Below are positions 29,372-38,349 of a stretch of DNA of 64,000 bases, piece by piece (the first letter of the stretch is position 1; each line of letters begins with the position of its first letter). This DNA comes from an uncultured Candidatus Saccharibacteria bacterium. Lineage in GTDB: Bacteria; Patescibacteriota; Minisyncoccia; Minisyncoccales; UBA5738. The position numbers were made by a program, and so were the translations under genes. The stretch covers positions 29,740 to 93,739 of the forward strand of contig CAYYEP010000002.1 in the NCBI GenBank assembly GCA_964470995.1, given 5' to 3'. Below the pieces are notes generated by a model. The model was not told the DNA's origin and did no database searches. It was given only the letters and a program-made list of their open reading frames with translations.

Positions 29372-30364
29372 TTAACGAACCGCCGCGTGCACCGTAAACA
29401 CTGCCGCCGGCATCGCGCACGGCGGCACGCTGTTGCGGCAAACCGGCTCGCCCGTCGCGATCACATCGGTATCGCCAAACCGCAACGCCCGGAATAACCC
29501 CGGCGCCCCTGTCGCCGCAACCGCGTTTTCCCGAACGACAATCGTATTATCTACTGCCGCGGCATTCCAATTATAATCTTGGCCAAGCTTGAGTAAAAAC
29601 GTTTCTCCCGCTTCCAGCGCAATATTCGTCTGGTCGTTTGCCAAAGTCACGATCTTGCCGGAATAATTATATGTTGGCACTGATGATTCCGGAACCGCCG
29701 CCGCTTCCGCAACATTGAAAACGAATGTTACCGCCATCCTGGCAATCGGCTCTTCGATAGCCGTCTTACGATCCAAATTGGCACATTCGGTTTCATACTG
29801 TGTGCCGCAATACGCTCCGCAACCGCCAAACCCGCATGCCGTATGCGATCTTATGACAAAATTAATTACTGCCGCCCCGCCGGAAGCGCGCTCAAAAACG
29901 TAGCAATAGCTTGAATACAGCTGTCCCGCACCTGCGTCGGATCCGGCATATATCGTATAAGCTGTACCCGCGTCAGTTTTACCCGCAACCCCCGCCGGGA
30001 TATTGCCGGTGTCGTCATGGATATCCCCGCAACCGGCCGCTACCGGATCCTGCCCCGCGCCCACCAGCACCGCCAGCGGCGGCCACTGCGCCGGGCTCCA
30101 CACATTGGCCCCAAAATTAACCTGATATTTAAAAGAAAACTCTTTCCCGGCGGCGGTATAAATCCGCCATTCCTCCCTTGTATTATCCTGTACCATTTCC
30201 ATTTGCCCCTGTTCAATCGCTTGACCCTGTTCCTGATCTTGATTTTTGGTTGCTTTATCACCGTCCGATCCCGCCGGATTTTTTATCAGCACATATCCCG
30301 CCACCCCCAAAATCACTATCAAAACCGCTGCCGCTCCTCCCAGGATCACGCTGGTTTTGTTCAT
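29372..30364 (-). CDS. secreted/anchored protein, unknown function
   Basis: 330 aa. N-terminal anchor and a Cys-containing central domain. The C-terminal ~100 aa is beta-rich (IALEAGETFLLKLGQDYNW) and faintly resembles chagasin-type inhibitor domains. Confidence 0.6.
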   Translation of the reverse strand: MNKTSVILGGAAAVLIVILGVAGYVLIKNPAGSDGDKATKNQDQEQGQAIEQGQMEMVQDNTREEWRIYTAAGKEFSFKYQVNFGANVWSPAQWPPLAVLVGAGQDPVAAGCGDIHDDTGNIPAGVAGKTDAGTAYTIYAGSDAGAGQLYSSYCYVFERASGGAAVINFVIRSHTACGFGGCGAYCGTQYETECANLDRKTAIEEPIARMAVTFVFNVAEAAAVPESSVPTYNYSGKIVTLANDQTNIALEAGETFLLKLGQDYNWNAAAVDNTIVVRENAVAATGAPGLFRALRFGDTDVIATGEPVCRNSVPPCAMPAAVFTVHAAVR

Positions 30365-30495
30365 ATAATTGATTACTGGTTTTCACCAATATTAACCCAA
30401 AACACATTAATCATCAATAATAATTGGTTTTAAAATGTAACTTGCCAGTAATCATTCAATTATCCCCTCAACCTTCTTTTAATCTTTTATTGAAT

Positions 30496-30623
30496 AAATC
30501 TTAATACCCCGCGCGTTTGGCGGAGGATGAAAATTTTCCCCCGCAGTATGCGGGGGACGCTTGGAGCAAAGCGGAAAGCGGTTCAACCAAGATCCCGTAG
30601 CGTTTGTCCCGGGGAGATTCATT
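30496..30623 (+). repeat. GC-rich repeat family B, 128-bp copy (B1)
   Basis: AAATCTTAATACCCCGCGCGTTT...CCCCCGCAGTATGCGGGGGA...GGGGAGATTCATT. It aligns end to end with the reverse complement of 42524..42695, apart from a ~45-bp insertion there. Confidence 0.8.
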
Positions 30624-30721
30624 TTTTATGCATATCTGTCTGGGTTTTGTCGCCCGATTAACTTCAAACTAAATTAGTTATAGCCAAAACGCCTCTTTAA
30701 CAAAACTATCGTTGTTCTAAT

Positions 30722-30747
30722 AAAAAGAGGCTTTATAAATTAGCCTC
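30722..30747 (-). terminator. rho-independent terminator
   Basis: GAGGCT / AGCCTC stem followed on the minus strand by TTTTT. It lies 18 nt after the stop of the MBL-fold gene. Confidence 0.6.
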
Positions 30748-30764
30748 AAACTGCCCCGCGCCAT

Positions 30765-31496
30765 TCACACGAATATAATGCCGTCTTTTTCGGCTTGCCG
30801 CCTAACCGCATCGCGGTCTCGCCGCACATGCCACAAGATATTCTCGGTCCCGCGTCCGCTTTTCTTGAACATTTTAAAAATCGAACGCGCGTCCTCATAA
30901 CCCAGATGCTTCGAAGAAGACGGCCCCATGCCGTTATTCGCCTCCAAAATAACTGTTGTTGGCGAAGGCATCGAACCAACGATGCCCTTGAAATTGGTAT
31001 TCTTGCCGGTATCGCCAAAATAAATAATCCGACTACTGTTAAGACGACACCATAATCCGCAACTGCCGCGGGCATGATCCACTTTAAAAACGCGGAAACG
31101 GTCATCTTGCACTCCCGTCTGAATCACCAGTGGCACATTTTTCCGCTTTTTGCCAGACGGCACAATAATACCCCGCGTCGCCTCCACCACTTTGCTTACC
31201 GTGTATTCCGACCCCCACAAGCGCAATTTGTGGCTCTTTCCCCGGGCAAGGGCCGCCCCCCCAATCATCATCTCGAAAAGTTTTGCCACCCCTCTACAGT
31301 GGTCGGTATGGATATGCGAAATGAACATATCCGTTATCGACAGAGGGTCTATGCGGCGCTCCACAATCTTCTCCGGAACACTTGGTCCGCATTCCACCAA
31401 CAAACCCATTTTTTTGTGGCTTAGTAACACTCCAACGCTAGCTTCTTTTAACCGCGATGGAGGAGCCCCCGTATCCAGAATTTCCAATTTGCTCAA
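30765..31496 (-). CDS. MBL-fold metallo-hydrolase
   Basis: HIHTDH (HxHxDH). TTG start preceded by AGGGAGGA at 6 nt. Confidence 0.8.
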   Translation of the reverse strand: MSKLEILDTGAPPSRLKEASVGVLLSHKKMGLLVECGPSVPEKIVERRIDPLSITDMFISHIHTDHCRGVAKLFEMMIGGAALARGKSHKLRLWGSEYTVSKVVEATRGIIVPSGKKRKNVPLVIQTGVQDDRFRVFKVDHARGSCGLWCRLNSSRIIYFGDTGKNTNFKGIVGSMPSPTTVILEANNGMGPSSSKHLGYEDARSIFKMFKKSGRGTENILWHVRRDRDAVRRQAEKDGIIFV

Positions 31497-31651
31497 TCAA
31501 ATCCTCCCTTATGGTTTATGGAAACGTGCTTTAATTTAATTTTAATAAATTACTAAATCATAAACCAACCCGGCTGCAAAAACAAGGCCCCGGCCAATGA
31601 AAAAATTAAAGGATTTATTCGGCGAAAACCCGATACCAAACTGGCCCGACC

Positions 31652-33487
31652 TCAATTCCGCACCTCCATCACGCAATTATCGCAGTCAAAATCAAGTTTG
31701 AATTTTTTGCCCGGCTGCACCAAAAACAGCGGTTCCTTAAAATCAACTTCTTTGGCGCCCGGTTCTTTTGGGCAATATCCCAGCATATGTTTTAAGCAAT
31801 GTTTGCAGATCATCACTTTTTTGCCGCGCGTATTGGCTATTTGCTCGAACGCCGGCTCAATAACCCTGGCTCCATGGCGCTTGTAAAACTCTTTGGCCAA
31901 ATCATTGGAAACATTGAAACTGTAATCCAAATCCAATACCGGGTGAATATTGGTTGTTTTTTTACGCTCGGCCAATATCCGCGGATAATTATTTATCCTC
32001 TCTTTATTAAGAGTTTCGATCACTTCGCGCCGCCAGTCATTTAGTACCGATAACGGCACAAAATACGGTTGTTCAAACTCAAACAAGAAATCGCGAACAA
32101 TAAATATCGTCTCTCCTAATTTTGAAAATTGCTGCTTCCAGGCATTTTGCGCCGCCTCGGGTTTTAACGCCGGTTTTTTTTCAAACGTGAATTCTTTTGT
32201 CGCTGAATTGCCGTCTTCGTCGCTGGCGGTGATCAAGAATCCGTTTTCGACATCGGCAAAAATAATATCAACCTCCACCCGGCGATCCAAACCATTGGCT
32301 ACCTTTTTTTCGAATTCCGGATCCAAATTTCGATAAACTTCAACCCCGGGTTTTACCGGCATCCACCTTGCCGGATATATCCTTTCTCCCGCCACTGAAT
32401 TTATATTCACCCCGGCAAGCTTTCCTTCCGGCCCGATCCAACAGATACCGTCGCCGTTGGCCAGGTCATGCCCCCGGTCAAGAACAAAATTATCGCCGCC
32501 AATCTTTTTTATCTTGCCAATAAATTTTCCCATCGATTTTTGCGTATCGATCGACCCGATATTTTTCTGCCGTCCGCGGAAAAAATGGTCGGTATATCCC
32601 CGGTTGAAGGTCCGCTCCAGGTCAGGCTCGAATCCCAATTCAATCTTCCCCGATGATTGTTTCTTGTATTTGCCGTTGCTGGCCGCAATTACTTCATCCA
32701 GCCGTTTACGGTACGCCGCCACCGCATTCCCAACATATACTTCGTCTTTCAAGCGCCCTTCTATTTTAAACGATGTTACTCCCGCCGCGGCCAATTCCGG
32801 CAACGCGTTATAAAGATTAAGGTCTTTCAGCGACAGTAAATATTTGTCTTTTGCCAAAACCCTACCGGCGCTGTCCACCAACGAATACGGCAACCGGCAC
32901 GCCTGGACGCACTTGCCCCGGTTCGCCGAACGGCCGCATAACGCCTGGCTCATATAACACCGCCCCGAAAACGACACGCATAACGCGCCGTGCACGAAAG
33001 TTTCCAAATCGACGGTTGTCTTTTTGCGGATAACCCTCATCTGTTCCAACGAAAGCTCACGCGCCAGAATCACCCGCGAAAATCCCGCATCTTCCAAGAA
33101 TTTAACCTGCGCCGCATCATAATTATGCGTCTGCGTACTGGCAAAAATTGGTATCGGCGGCAAATCCATTTCCATTATTCCCATATCCTGAATAATAATC
33201 GCGTCAACCCCGGTTTTATAAGCGGTCCAGATCATCTCTTTTACCTCGCGCGCTTCTTCATTGAAAAAAATGGTATTTATCGGCAGATAAACTTTAACAT
33301 AATACCGATGAGCAAAATCGACTAATGATTTTATATCTTCCCAAGAATTACCCGCAGCCGCGCGCGCGCCAAAATCTGGCCCGCCGATATAAACTGCGTC
33401 CGCGCCCGCGCGAACGGCGATTTTGCCCGTTTCCAGGTCCTTGGCCGGCGCCAGCAATTCCAATTCAATTTGTTTGTCTGTTTCCAT
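31652..33487 (-). CDS. peptidase U32 family protein
   Basis: 611 aa from ATG 33487. The track ORF extends to TTG 33517, which lies inside the upstream terminator hairpin. U32 core (ELLAPA, DAVYIGG, FVHGALCVSFSGRC) and a C-terminal CxxC...CxxC tail. Confidence 0.85.
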   Translation of the reverse strand: METDKQIELELLAPAKDLETGKIAVRAGADAVYIGGPDFGARAAAGNSWEDIKSLVDFAHRYYVKVYLPINTIFFNEEAREVKEMIWTAYKTGVDAIIIQDMGIMEMDLPPIPIFASTQTHNYDAAQVKFLEDAGFSRVILARELSLEQMRVIRKKTTVDLETFVHGALCVSFSGRCYMSQALCGRSANRGKCVQACRLPYSLVDSAGRVLAKDKYLLSLKDLNLYNALPELAAAGVTSFKIEGRLKDEVYVGNAVAAYRKRLDEVIAASNGKYKKQSSGKIELGFEPDLERTFNRGYTDHFFRGRQKNIGSIDTQKSMGKFIGKIKKIGGDNFVLDRGHDLANGDGICWIGPEGKLAGVNINSVAGERIYPARWMPVKPGVEVYRNLDPEFEKKVANGLDRRVEVDIIFADVENGFLITASDEDGNSATKEFTFEKKPALKPEAAQNAWKQQFSKLGETIFIVRDFLFEFEQPYFVPLSVLNDWRREVIETLNKERINNYPRILAERKKTTNIHPVLDLDYSFNVSNDLAKEFYKRHGARVIEPAFEQIANTRGKKVMICKHCLKHMLGYCPKEPGAKEVDFKEPLFLVQPGKKFKLDFDCDNCVMEVRN

Positions 33488-33493
33488 TTTAAT

Positions 33494-33525
33494 TAAAAAG
33501 CGGAGTCGATGATTCAAACCTCCGC
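33494..33525 (-). terminator. rho-independent terminator of the KOW mini-gene
   Basis: GCGGAG...CTCCGC stem followed by TTTTT. The TGA stop (33514-33516) sits in the loop. Confidence 0.6.
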
Positions 33526-33684
33526 CGCTTCAATAATTTCCACGTCTTGTCGTGCAACCGGGGTCGTAAAATTAAAAAGTTCCCCGATACTGATAAAAAA
33601 TGTTTCCGGAAATTGATTCCCGTTCTCAATCAGCGAACCGATTTTCCCCTCAAAGGGGCCGCGCAATACTTTAACGCGTATCAT
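33514..33684 (-). CDS. 56-aa KOW-domain-only protein (NusG C-terminal-domain-like)
   Basis: Hand translation: MIRVKVLRGPFEGKIGSLIENGNQFPETFFISIGELFNFTTPVARQDVEIIEAAEV. The VxVxxGPFxGxxG...SI....TPV....VE pattern matches the NusG KOW domain. It is below the 60-aa track cutoff and has its own terminator. Confidence 0.5.
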   Translation of the reverse strand: MIRVKVLRGPFEGKIGSLIENGNQFPETFFISIGELFNFTTPVARQDVEIIEAAEV

Positions 33685-33738
33685 AGCCACAGCATACCCA
33701 AAATTGCCAAAATTTCAAGCACCCTACACAAACACCAT

Positions 33739-34566
33739 CTATTTTATTCCGTTTATGATCTCCGCCAATGGCTGCAAATTTCCGCCCCTGATCACAATAT
33801 CGAACTTTTCAAATATAACCTCATAAAAATGTTCTCCCCGGGAATCATCCTTGCGCGCCTCATCGATAAAAACCCGCAAAACATTTTCAATGCCATCCGC
33901 CATCGCCGCGTCCTCGATATTGTCGCCCGCCAATATCGCATAAGGCCGCTCCCGGCGCAAACCGGCAAGCTCGCTATGCCCCATCTCGCGTTTATTGAAA
34001 TTATGAATTAGCGACTCCCTTTTCCAGCCGCACACACAACCATTATCGTCAAAACGCAAAGTTGTCGACAAAATTTTTGTCGGCGATATTTGAAACTTCC
34101 GGCACCATAATTCGATTACATCTTTTATTCCGGCCGAAATTATCACCGTAGGAATTTTTTTGCGGCCGCAAATATCAAACAACTCTTTTACCCCGGAACG
34201 GGCCGGCACTATCTGCTCAACCTCAACCTCCAATTCCGACCACTTGAGATTACGTCCCTTGTAAGCATCCAGCACCGCCGACCACCATTCAATCGCATCG
34301 GCAACCGTCATTTCTCCCCTCAACTCCATCGGCCGGTATTTTTTATACAACGCATCGACCACCGCTTTTTTATCCGCCGGAAGGCGGCGATTCAACAATT
34401 TCCAAGAGGCGACATCCTTGCCATTCTCATTGCGCCCGGGCGTAAGCGTGCGGTCAAAATCAAAAACCGCGTGCAATTTATCTTTGCCTTCCCGGCAAAT
34501 AAGCTCCAGCTTATTTCTAACCGCCGCTTTATCCCCAAAAACCAAGTTATCCGAAATCTCTTCCAT
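33739..34566 (-). CDS. HAD hydrolase, eukaryotic-type pyrimidine 5'-nucleotidase (UMPH-1)-like
   Basis: DFDRTLT (motif I), IPTVIISAGIKDVIE and ILAGDNIEDAAMADG. Order and spacing are as in the cytosolic 5'-nucleotidase III family. Confidence 0.7.
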   Translation of the reverse strand: MEEISDNLVFGDKAAVRNKLELICREGKDKLHAVFDFDRTLTPGRNENGKDVASWKLLNRRLPADKKAVVDALYKKYRPMELRGEMTVADAIEWWSAVLDAYKGRNLKWSELEVEVEQIVPARSGVKELFDICGRKKIPTVIISAGIKDVIELWCRKFQISPTKILSTTLRFDDNGCVCGWKRESLIHNFNKREMGHSELAGLRRERPYAILAGDNIEDAAMADGIENVLRVFIDEARKDDSRGEHFYEVIFEKFDIVIRGGNLQPLAEIINGIK

Positions 34567-34623
34567 TATCGCCTTTTATATTTAAATAATCAGTTTCCCG
34601 CCTGCGCCCAAAAATCCGGCCTT

Positions 34624-34666
34624 AGTATATACTTAGTATATACTAAATATATACACGGTATATACT
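34624..34666. promoter_or_regulatory. four TATATAC-core sites phased at exactly 11 bp (operator/promoter-like array)
   Basis: AGTATATACT (34624), AGTATATACT (34635), AATATATACA (34646), GGTATATACT (34657). The first two are perfect 10-bp palindromes. The array lies 58-100 nt upstream of the nucleotidase start. Confidence 0.5.
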
Positions 34667-34667
34667 C

Positions 34668-34697
34668 AAAAACAAATGCCGCGCTTCAATGCGGCAT
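34668..34697 (-). terminator. rho-independent terminator
   Basis: ATGCCGC / GCGGCAT stem followed on the minus strand by TTGTTTTTG. Confidence 0.6.
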
Positions 34698-34713
34698 ATA
34701 TGGCCGAAATATT

Positions 34714-34983
34714 TTATTTCTCTTGCCTTCCCGCCGCCTCCGCGGCAAATTCATCTATTATCTTTTCTTTCTTCCGGTCATTTTCCGCCGCCTCCGCGGC
34801 CGCATCAGCCTCTTTTAATGTTTCTTCCAGCCCGGCCTCGACAGCTTCCAAATCTTGCTTCATTGAAGCAAGCGCTCCTTCCATCAAATCTAGATCGGGA
34901 TTCTCTTTTTCAAGCTTGTTCATTTCCCTGATATCCATCATCTCACCTCCTTTTCCTGTAATTGTTTTTGATTCTTCTTCCAT
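34714..34983 (-). CDS. small acidic coiled-coil protein
   Basis: 89 aa rich in Glu/Asp/Ala/Lys. It starts 20 nt after the stop of the 600-aa gene. Confidence 0.45.
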   Translation of the reverse strand: MEEESKTITGKGGEMMDIREMNKLEKENPDLDLMEGALASMKQDLEAVEAGLEETLKEADAAAEAAENDRKKEKIIDEFAAEAAGRQEK

Positions 34984-35003
34984 AGTTTATCAAATTATTT
35001 TTG

Positions 35004-36806
35004 TCAAGCCTGGCTTTCGCGTTTGCTATCCAAGAAATTTCGATACTCTTGCTCCAATCTGTCCCTTAAATTGGCTCTAATTTTCGGATTTTTTTGATAA
35101 TATTTTTCAACTACCGCTTGAAAATCTTCCCAAGATACATTTTGAGAAATGTCGGCCTTATTGACAAACTCGCCCGGATTCAGCAATATGATCTTCCCCA
35201 GATCGGTTTCGCTTTTTAATTCCTTCGCTAATTTTTCTTGAAGAAAACTGTTCCATAGTTTAATCGCGTCCTGAATCCAAAATTTCGGCGTCTCCTCGCT
35301 TTCTTGCCGCTTCCCATCCAATTCCCGCAAGGCCGCGGCCAACTCTTGTTCGTTCGTTGCGAAACCGTTACGCGCTGTTTCTATATTTTCCAACAACGCC
35401 GTTGCACCGGAAAATCTTGATTCATAGTAACTTTTTATTTTTTGTTTAAATTCTGCAACAGTTAATTGTTCGCTTTCTTCCAACGATAACCCTTCTTCAA
35501 CGGCTGCATCTATCGTAAAACCCTTATCAACCTTTTGCTCGAAATGTTCTTTCCATAGCTCCAGCAAATCGCCGGCATCATACTTTGTCTCGGGATTTTC
35601 CCGATTCGTTTCTTCTTCCGGTATTCGCCCGTTTTGGGCTCCCACATTATTCTCCTCCTGGACGTTCGGACTGCTCGCCGCTTCTTCCGCTCGCGGCGTA
35701 ACAAAAAGCGGTTTTTTATCTAATATCGCTTTGTATTCGTTGCTGCGATCGGCTTCCTTGATTTTCGCGTTAAGTCTCGTGATCCTCTGCTCCATCTTTG
35801 CCCGCTTTATTTTTATTTCTTCCCATTCTTCCAGAACCTTGCGCCGTCGCTTGATCCTCTCGTTAAATTTTTTTATCTCTTCTTTGAGCTCTTTGTCATT
35901 CAATCCCGCCTCTTCGGCTTCTTTTATGCCGTCTACTTTTTCTTTTTCAAGAAGTTCAACTTCGTTCTTTAATCCTTTGAAATAGATTACCAATGGCGCA
36001 GTTTTTTCATCAAAATCACGCAATTCATTCTTATACTTCAATTCTTTGGCTTTCAAAGGCGCAATCCTTTCATTATTCTTGCGCCTCATCCAGTCAACAT
36101 ACCGATTACGGTTAGTTTCGCTAACTTTCGCCGCCGCCTCGTGTTCGCCGATCTTCGGCATCAGTTGTTCTTTTTTTCTTTGCAACTCGTCGATTTTTTC
36201 GTTCCGCGTCCGCGTAAGGATACCCGCCAGTGAATTTCCCGCGGCCAAATTTGGATCCGCATTATTCGCCGCCGCTGCGGCCGCCGCCGCTTCGTTTTTC
36301 TGATTAAACAATTTTATTTGGTCGTCGATATCTTTAACCTTCGCATTTAATTTTCTTGTCTCTTCATTTGATTTATCCAAAAAATACTGGTCGAATTTCA
36401 TTCCAAACCGCGCCGCCGCCCTATCCAGCCCCGGAACATTCAAAAGTCCGTTAAACGCCCCGCGGCCCCGGTCGGTTATCCGTTCCAGCTTGCCTCGATC
36501 ATCAGGAGATAGTCCGTATTCGTGCAGATTATATTCCGCCCGCAAATCCAGGCTCCCATCGGTTTCCGCGCCCCCTTCGCTCGCAACATTTTCGGTCGAT
36601 GCGCCGCGACCCGAATGCTCTTCGGAAATTTTATGGCTTTCTTGTTCGGCTAAAACATCCTCCGCCGCCTTTTTTCTTTTTTCTTCCTCGTCCATTATTT
36701 CTCCCGATCGCCCCAAATGAAAATCTTCAACCCCGAGCGGTTCTTCTGGCAAAGCATCTGCCCGCCCCGCATTATCGCTGGAAAAAAAATGTTTCTCGAC
36801 GTCCAT
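35004..36806 (-). CDS. 600-aa Lys/Glu-rich coiled-coil protein, unknown function
   Basis: No TM helices and a long heptad-like centre. Two C-terminal modules of about 55 aa share the pattern LW...K...(V/W)xEF.....YY. Confidence 0.6.
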   Translation of the reverse strand: MDVEKHFFSSDNAGRADALPEEPLGVEDFHLGRSGEIMDEEEKRKKAAEDVLAEQESHKISEEHSGRGASTENVASEGGAETDGSLDLRAEYNLHEYGLSPDDRGKLERITDRGRGAFNGLLNVPGLDRAAARFGMKFDQYFLDKSNEETRKLNAKVKDIDDQIKLFNQKNEAAAAAAAANNADPNLAAGNSLAGILTRTRNEKIDELQRKKEQLMPKIGEHEAAAKVSETNRNRYVDWMRRKNNERIAPLKAKELKYKNELRDFDEKTAPLVIYFKGLKNEVELLEKEKVDGIKEAEEAGLNDKELKEEIKKFNERIKRRRKVLEEWEEIKIKRAKMEQRITRLNAKIKEADRSNEYKAILDKKPLFVTPRAEEAASSPNVQEENNVGAQNGRIPEEETNRENPETKYDAGDLLELWKEHFEQKVDKGFTIDAAVEEGLSLEESEQLTVAEFKQKIKSYYESRFSGATALLENIETARNGFATNEQELAAALRELDGKRQESEETPKFWIQDAIKLWNSFLQEKLAKELKSETDLGKIILLNPGEFVNKADISQNVSWEDFQAVVEKYYQKNPKIRANLRDRLEQEYRNFLDSKRESQA

Positions 36807-36896
36807 AAGATTATTCGTTAATTGATTAGATTTTAGTTCGTTTAAGCGGTAAGGTCAAACAAAAAAACCGATGTTTTCCGCAGTTTTCAGCCATAA

Positions 36897-37259
36897 CTAT
36901 CTGGCAGCCAACAGCTTCTTTTTGGCTTCTTCCGCGCTGGCGCAGAAAAAAATTTCCGAGCCCCGGTTGCTTTCATAAATAAAAGCCTTTAAAGATTCGC
37001 TGGCATCGGAAAAATCGCCAATGATCGCCAGCTTCACTTGATATTGCGCGAATTTCTGCAAGATCTCGCCCGCCAGGCGCGAGCTCAAATCAAAAAAATC
37101 CGCCGCGATATTTTTCCGATCAATAATGATCCGCCGCACCCCTTCCAGCGCCGGGTCCACCATCAAATCCAGTGCGTCCTGCGCATTGGTAATAATAATC
37201 CCATCAATCACAACTTCGGCAACCTTCACCATCTCTTTCTCGTAAATAATAATTCCCAT
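36897..37259 (-). CDS. DUF4180 domain protein
   Basis: 120 aa. The pattern ...ITNAQDALDLM...DRKNIAADFFDLSSRLAGEILQKFAQYQVKLAIIGDFS... matches DUF4180 as I recall it. Confidence 0.65.
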   Translation of the reverse strand: MGIIIYEKEMVKVAEVVIDGIIITNAQDALDLMVDPALEGVRRIIIDRKNIAADFFDLSSRLAGEILQKFAQYQVKLAIIGDFSDASESLKAFIYESNRGSEIFFCASAEEAKKKLLAAR

Positions 37260-37263
37260 ATTT

Positions 37264-37602
37264 TTACAAAGTAATTTCCTGCTCCGGGCGCCACCACGGC
37301 GAGCAAACCAAAAACATCTTCATTCTTCCTGAATAAGTAAATGATTCACCCGCGGGAATAACCGCCAAGTCGCCCTTTTGGCATTTTTCAACCTTACCGC
37401 CAATTTCAAATTCTCCCGTCCCTTCCAAGATATAATAAGCAAAAACACATTCCTTTTGAATAATTTTTGTTTGATGGCCGGTTTCGGTTTCAATTATCGT
37501 AAATTCAACTTTACCAGACAAATCTTGCGATTGAAAAATTTTTCCTTTGATGCCGACTTTCTCAAACGAATAATTCTCCGGCAAATGAAATATATGCGTC
37601 AC
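37264..37602 (-). CDS. cupin domain protein
   Basis: 112 aa. Beta-barrel pattern with YYILEGTGEF...GDLAVIPAGE. Confidence 0.7.
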   Translation of the reverse strand: MTHIFHLPENYSFEKVGIKGKIFQSQDLSGKVEFTIIETETGHQTKIIQKECVFAYYILEGTGEFEIGGKVEKCQKGDLAVIPAGESFTYSGRMKMFLVCSPWWRPEQEITL

Positions 37603-37612
37603 AATTTTATTA

Positions 37613-38227
37613 TTATTCAGTAAAGAAAACTAGACTTTCCCAAAAAATTTTAATCGCAAACAACACGAACAATAACGCCAACACTTTGAACGCGGGCGCG
37701 ATAAAATTTTTTCTTATCAACAGCGCCCGGAACCGCGAAAATACAAATACACACCCCGTAGTTGACAGAAACCATCCCGCCTCGAACATTAACAAAAAAA
37801 ATACTTGGCCAAATGCCACGGATTGACGCATCGCGAATGCCATCGGCACGCAAACCGTGAGCCAATATAACCAAAATAAGCCGTTGGCCGCCATCAGCAG
37901 AAAAACCTTTTTAAATGAGAATAATTGGCCTTCGCCATCAACATTTTTTATTCTCCAGATGCGCGCGGCAAACCAAACCAAGATTATCGCCCCGATAAAA
38001 GAAATCGCATAGAAAACCCCTTGCGGCACAGCGAACAATGATAAAACCGCAAGAATAAACAACGCGATCAACGATTCCGAAGCCATGGCCCACCAAACAA
38101 CTCGCAGACTTTTAACAAATCCAACCCGCAAAGATTCGGCCATAGCGCTGGTCAAAATCGGGCCGGGAACCGCCCCGCCAATAAATCCAACTATAAACGC
38201 ACTGGCAATCTGACTCAAAAAATTCAT
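37613..38227 (-). CDS. LysE-family amino-acid exporter
   Basis: 204 aa with 5-6 TM helices. N-terminal GGAVPGPILT motif. Confidence 0.8.
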   Translation of the reverse strand: MNFLSQIASAFIVGFIGGAVPGPILTSAMAESLRVGFVKSLRVVWWAMASESLIALFILAVLSLFAVPQGVFYAISFIGAIILVWFAARIWRIKNVDGEGQLFSFKKVFLLMAANGLFWLYWLTVCVPMAFAMRQSVAFGQVFFLLMFEAGWFLSTTGCVFVFSRFRALLIRKNFIAPAFKVLALLFVLFAIKIFWESLVFFTE

Positions 38228-38349
38228 ATAAATTTATTTAAAACAACTATCATCGGCTTTCCCATAAAAAATAATATTCTGGTATCCTTTGGAATGTCGG
38301 AATACATTACCCGCTATTTACGGACGCATGCTCCCTACTGTTGGTTTCG

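Noticed and set aside
33547-34011. 154-aa plus-strand ORF
   Set aside because: It is antisense to the KOW mini-ORF and the 3' end of the UMPH-1-like gene, and it has no motifs.
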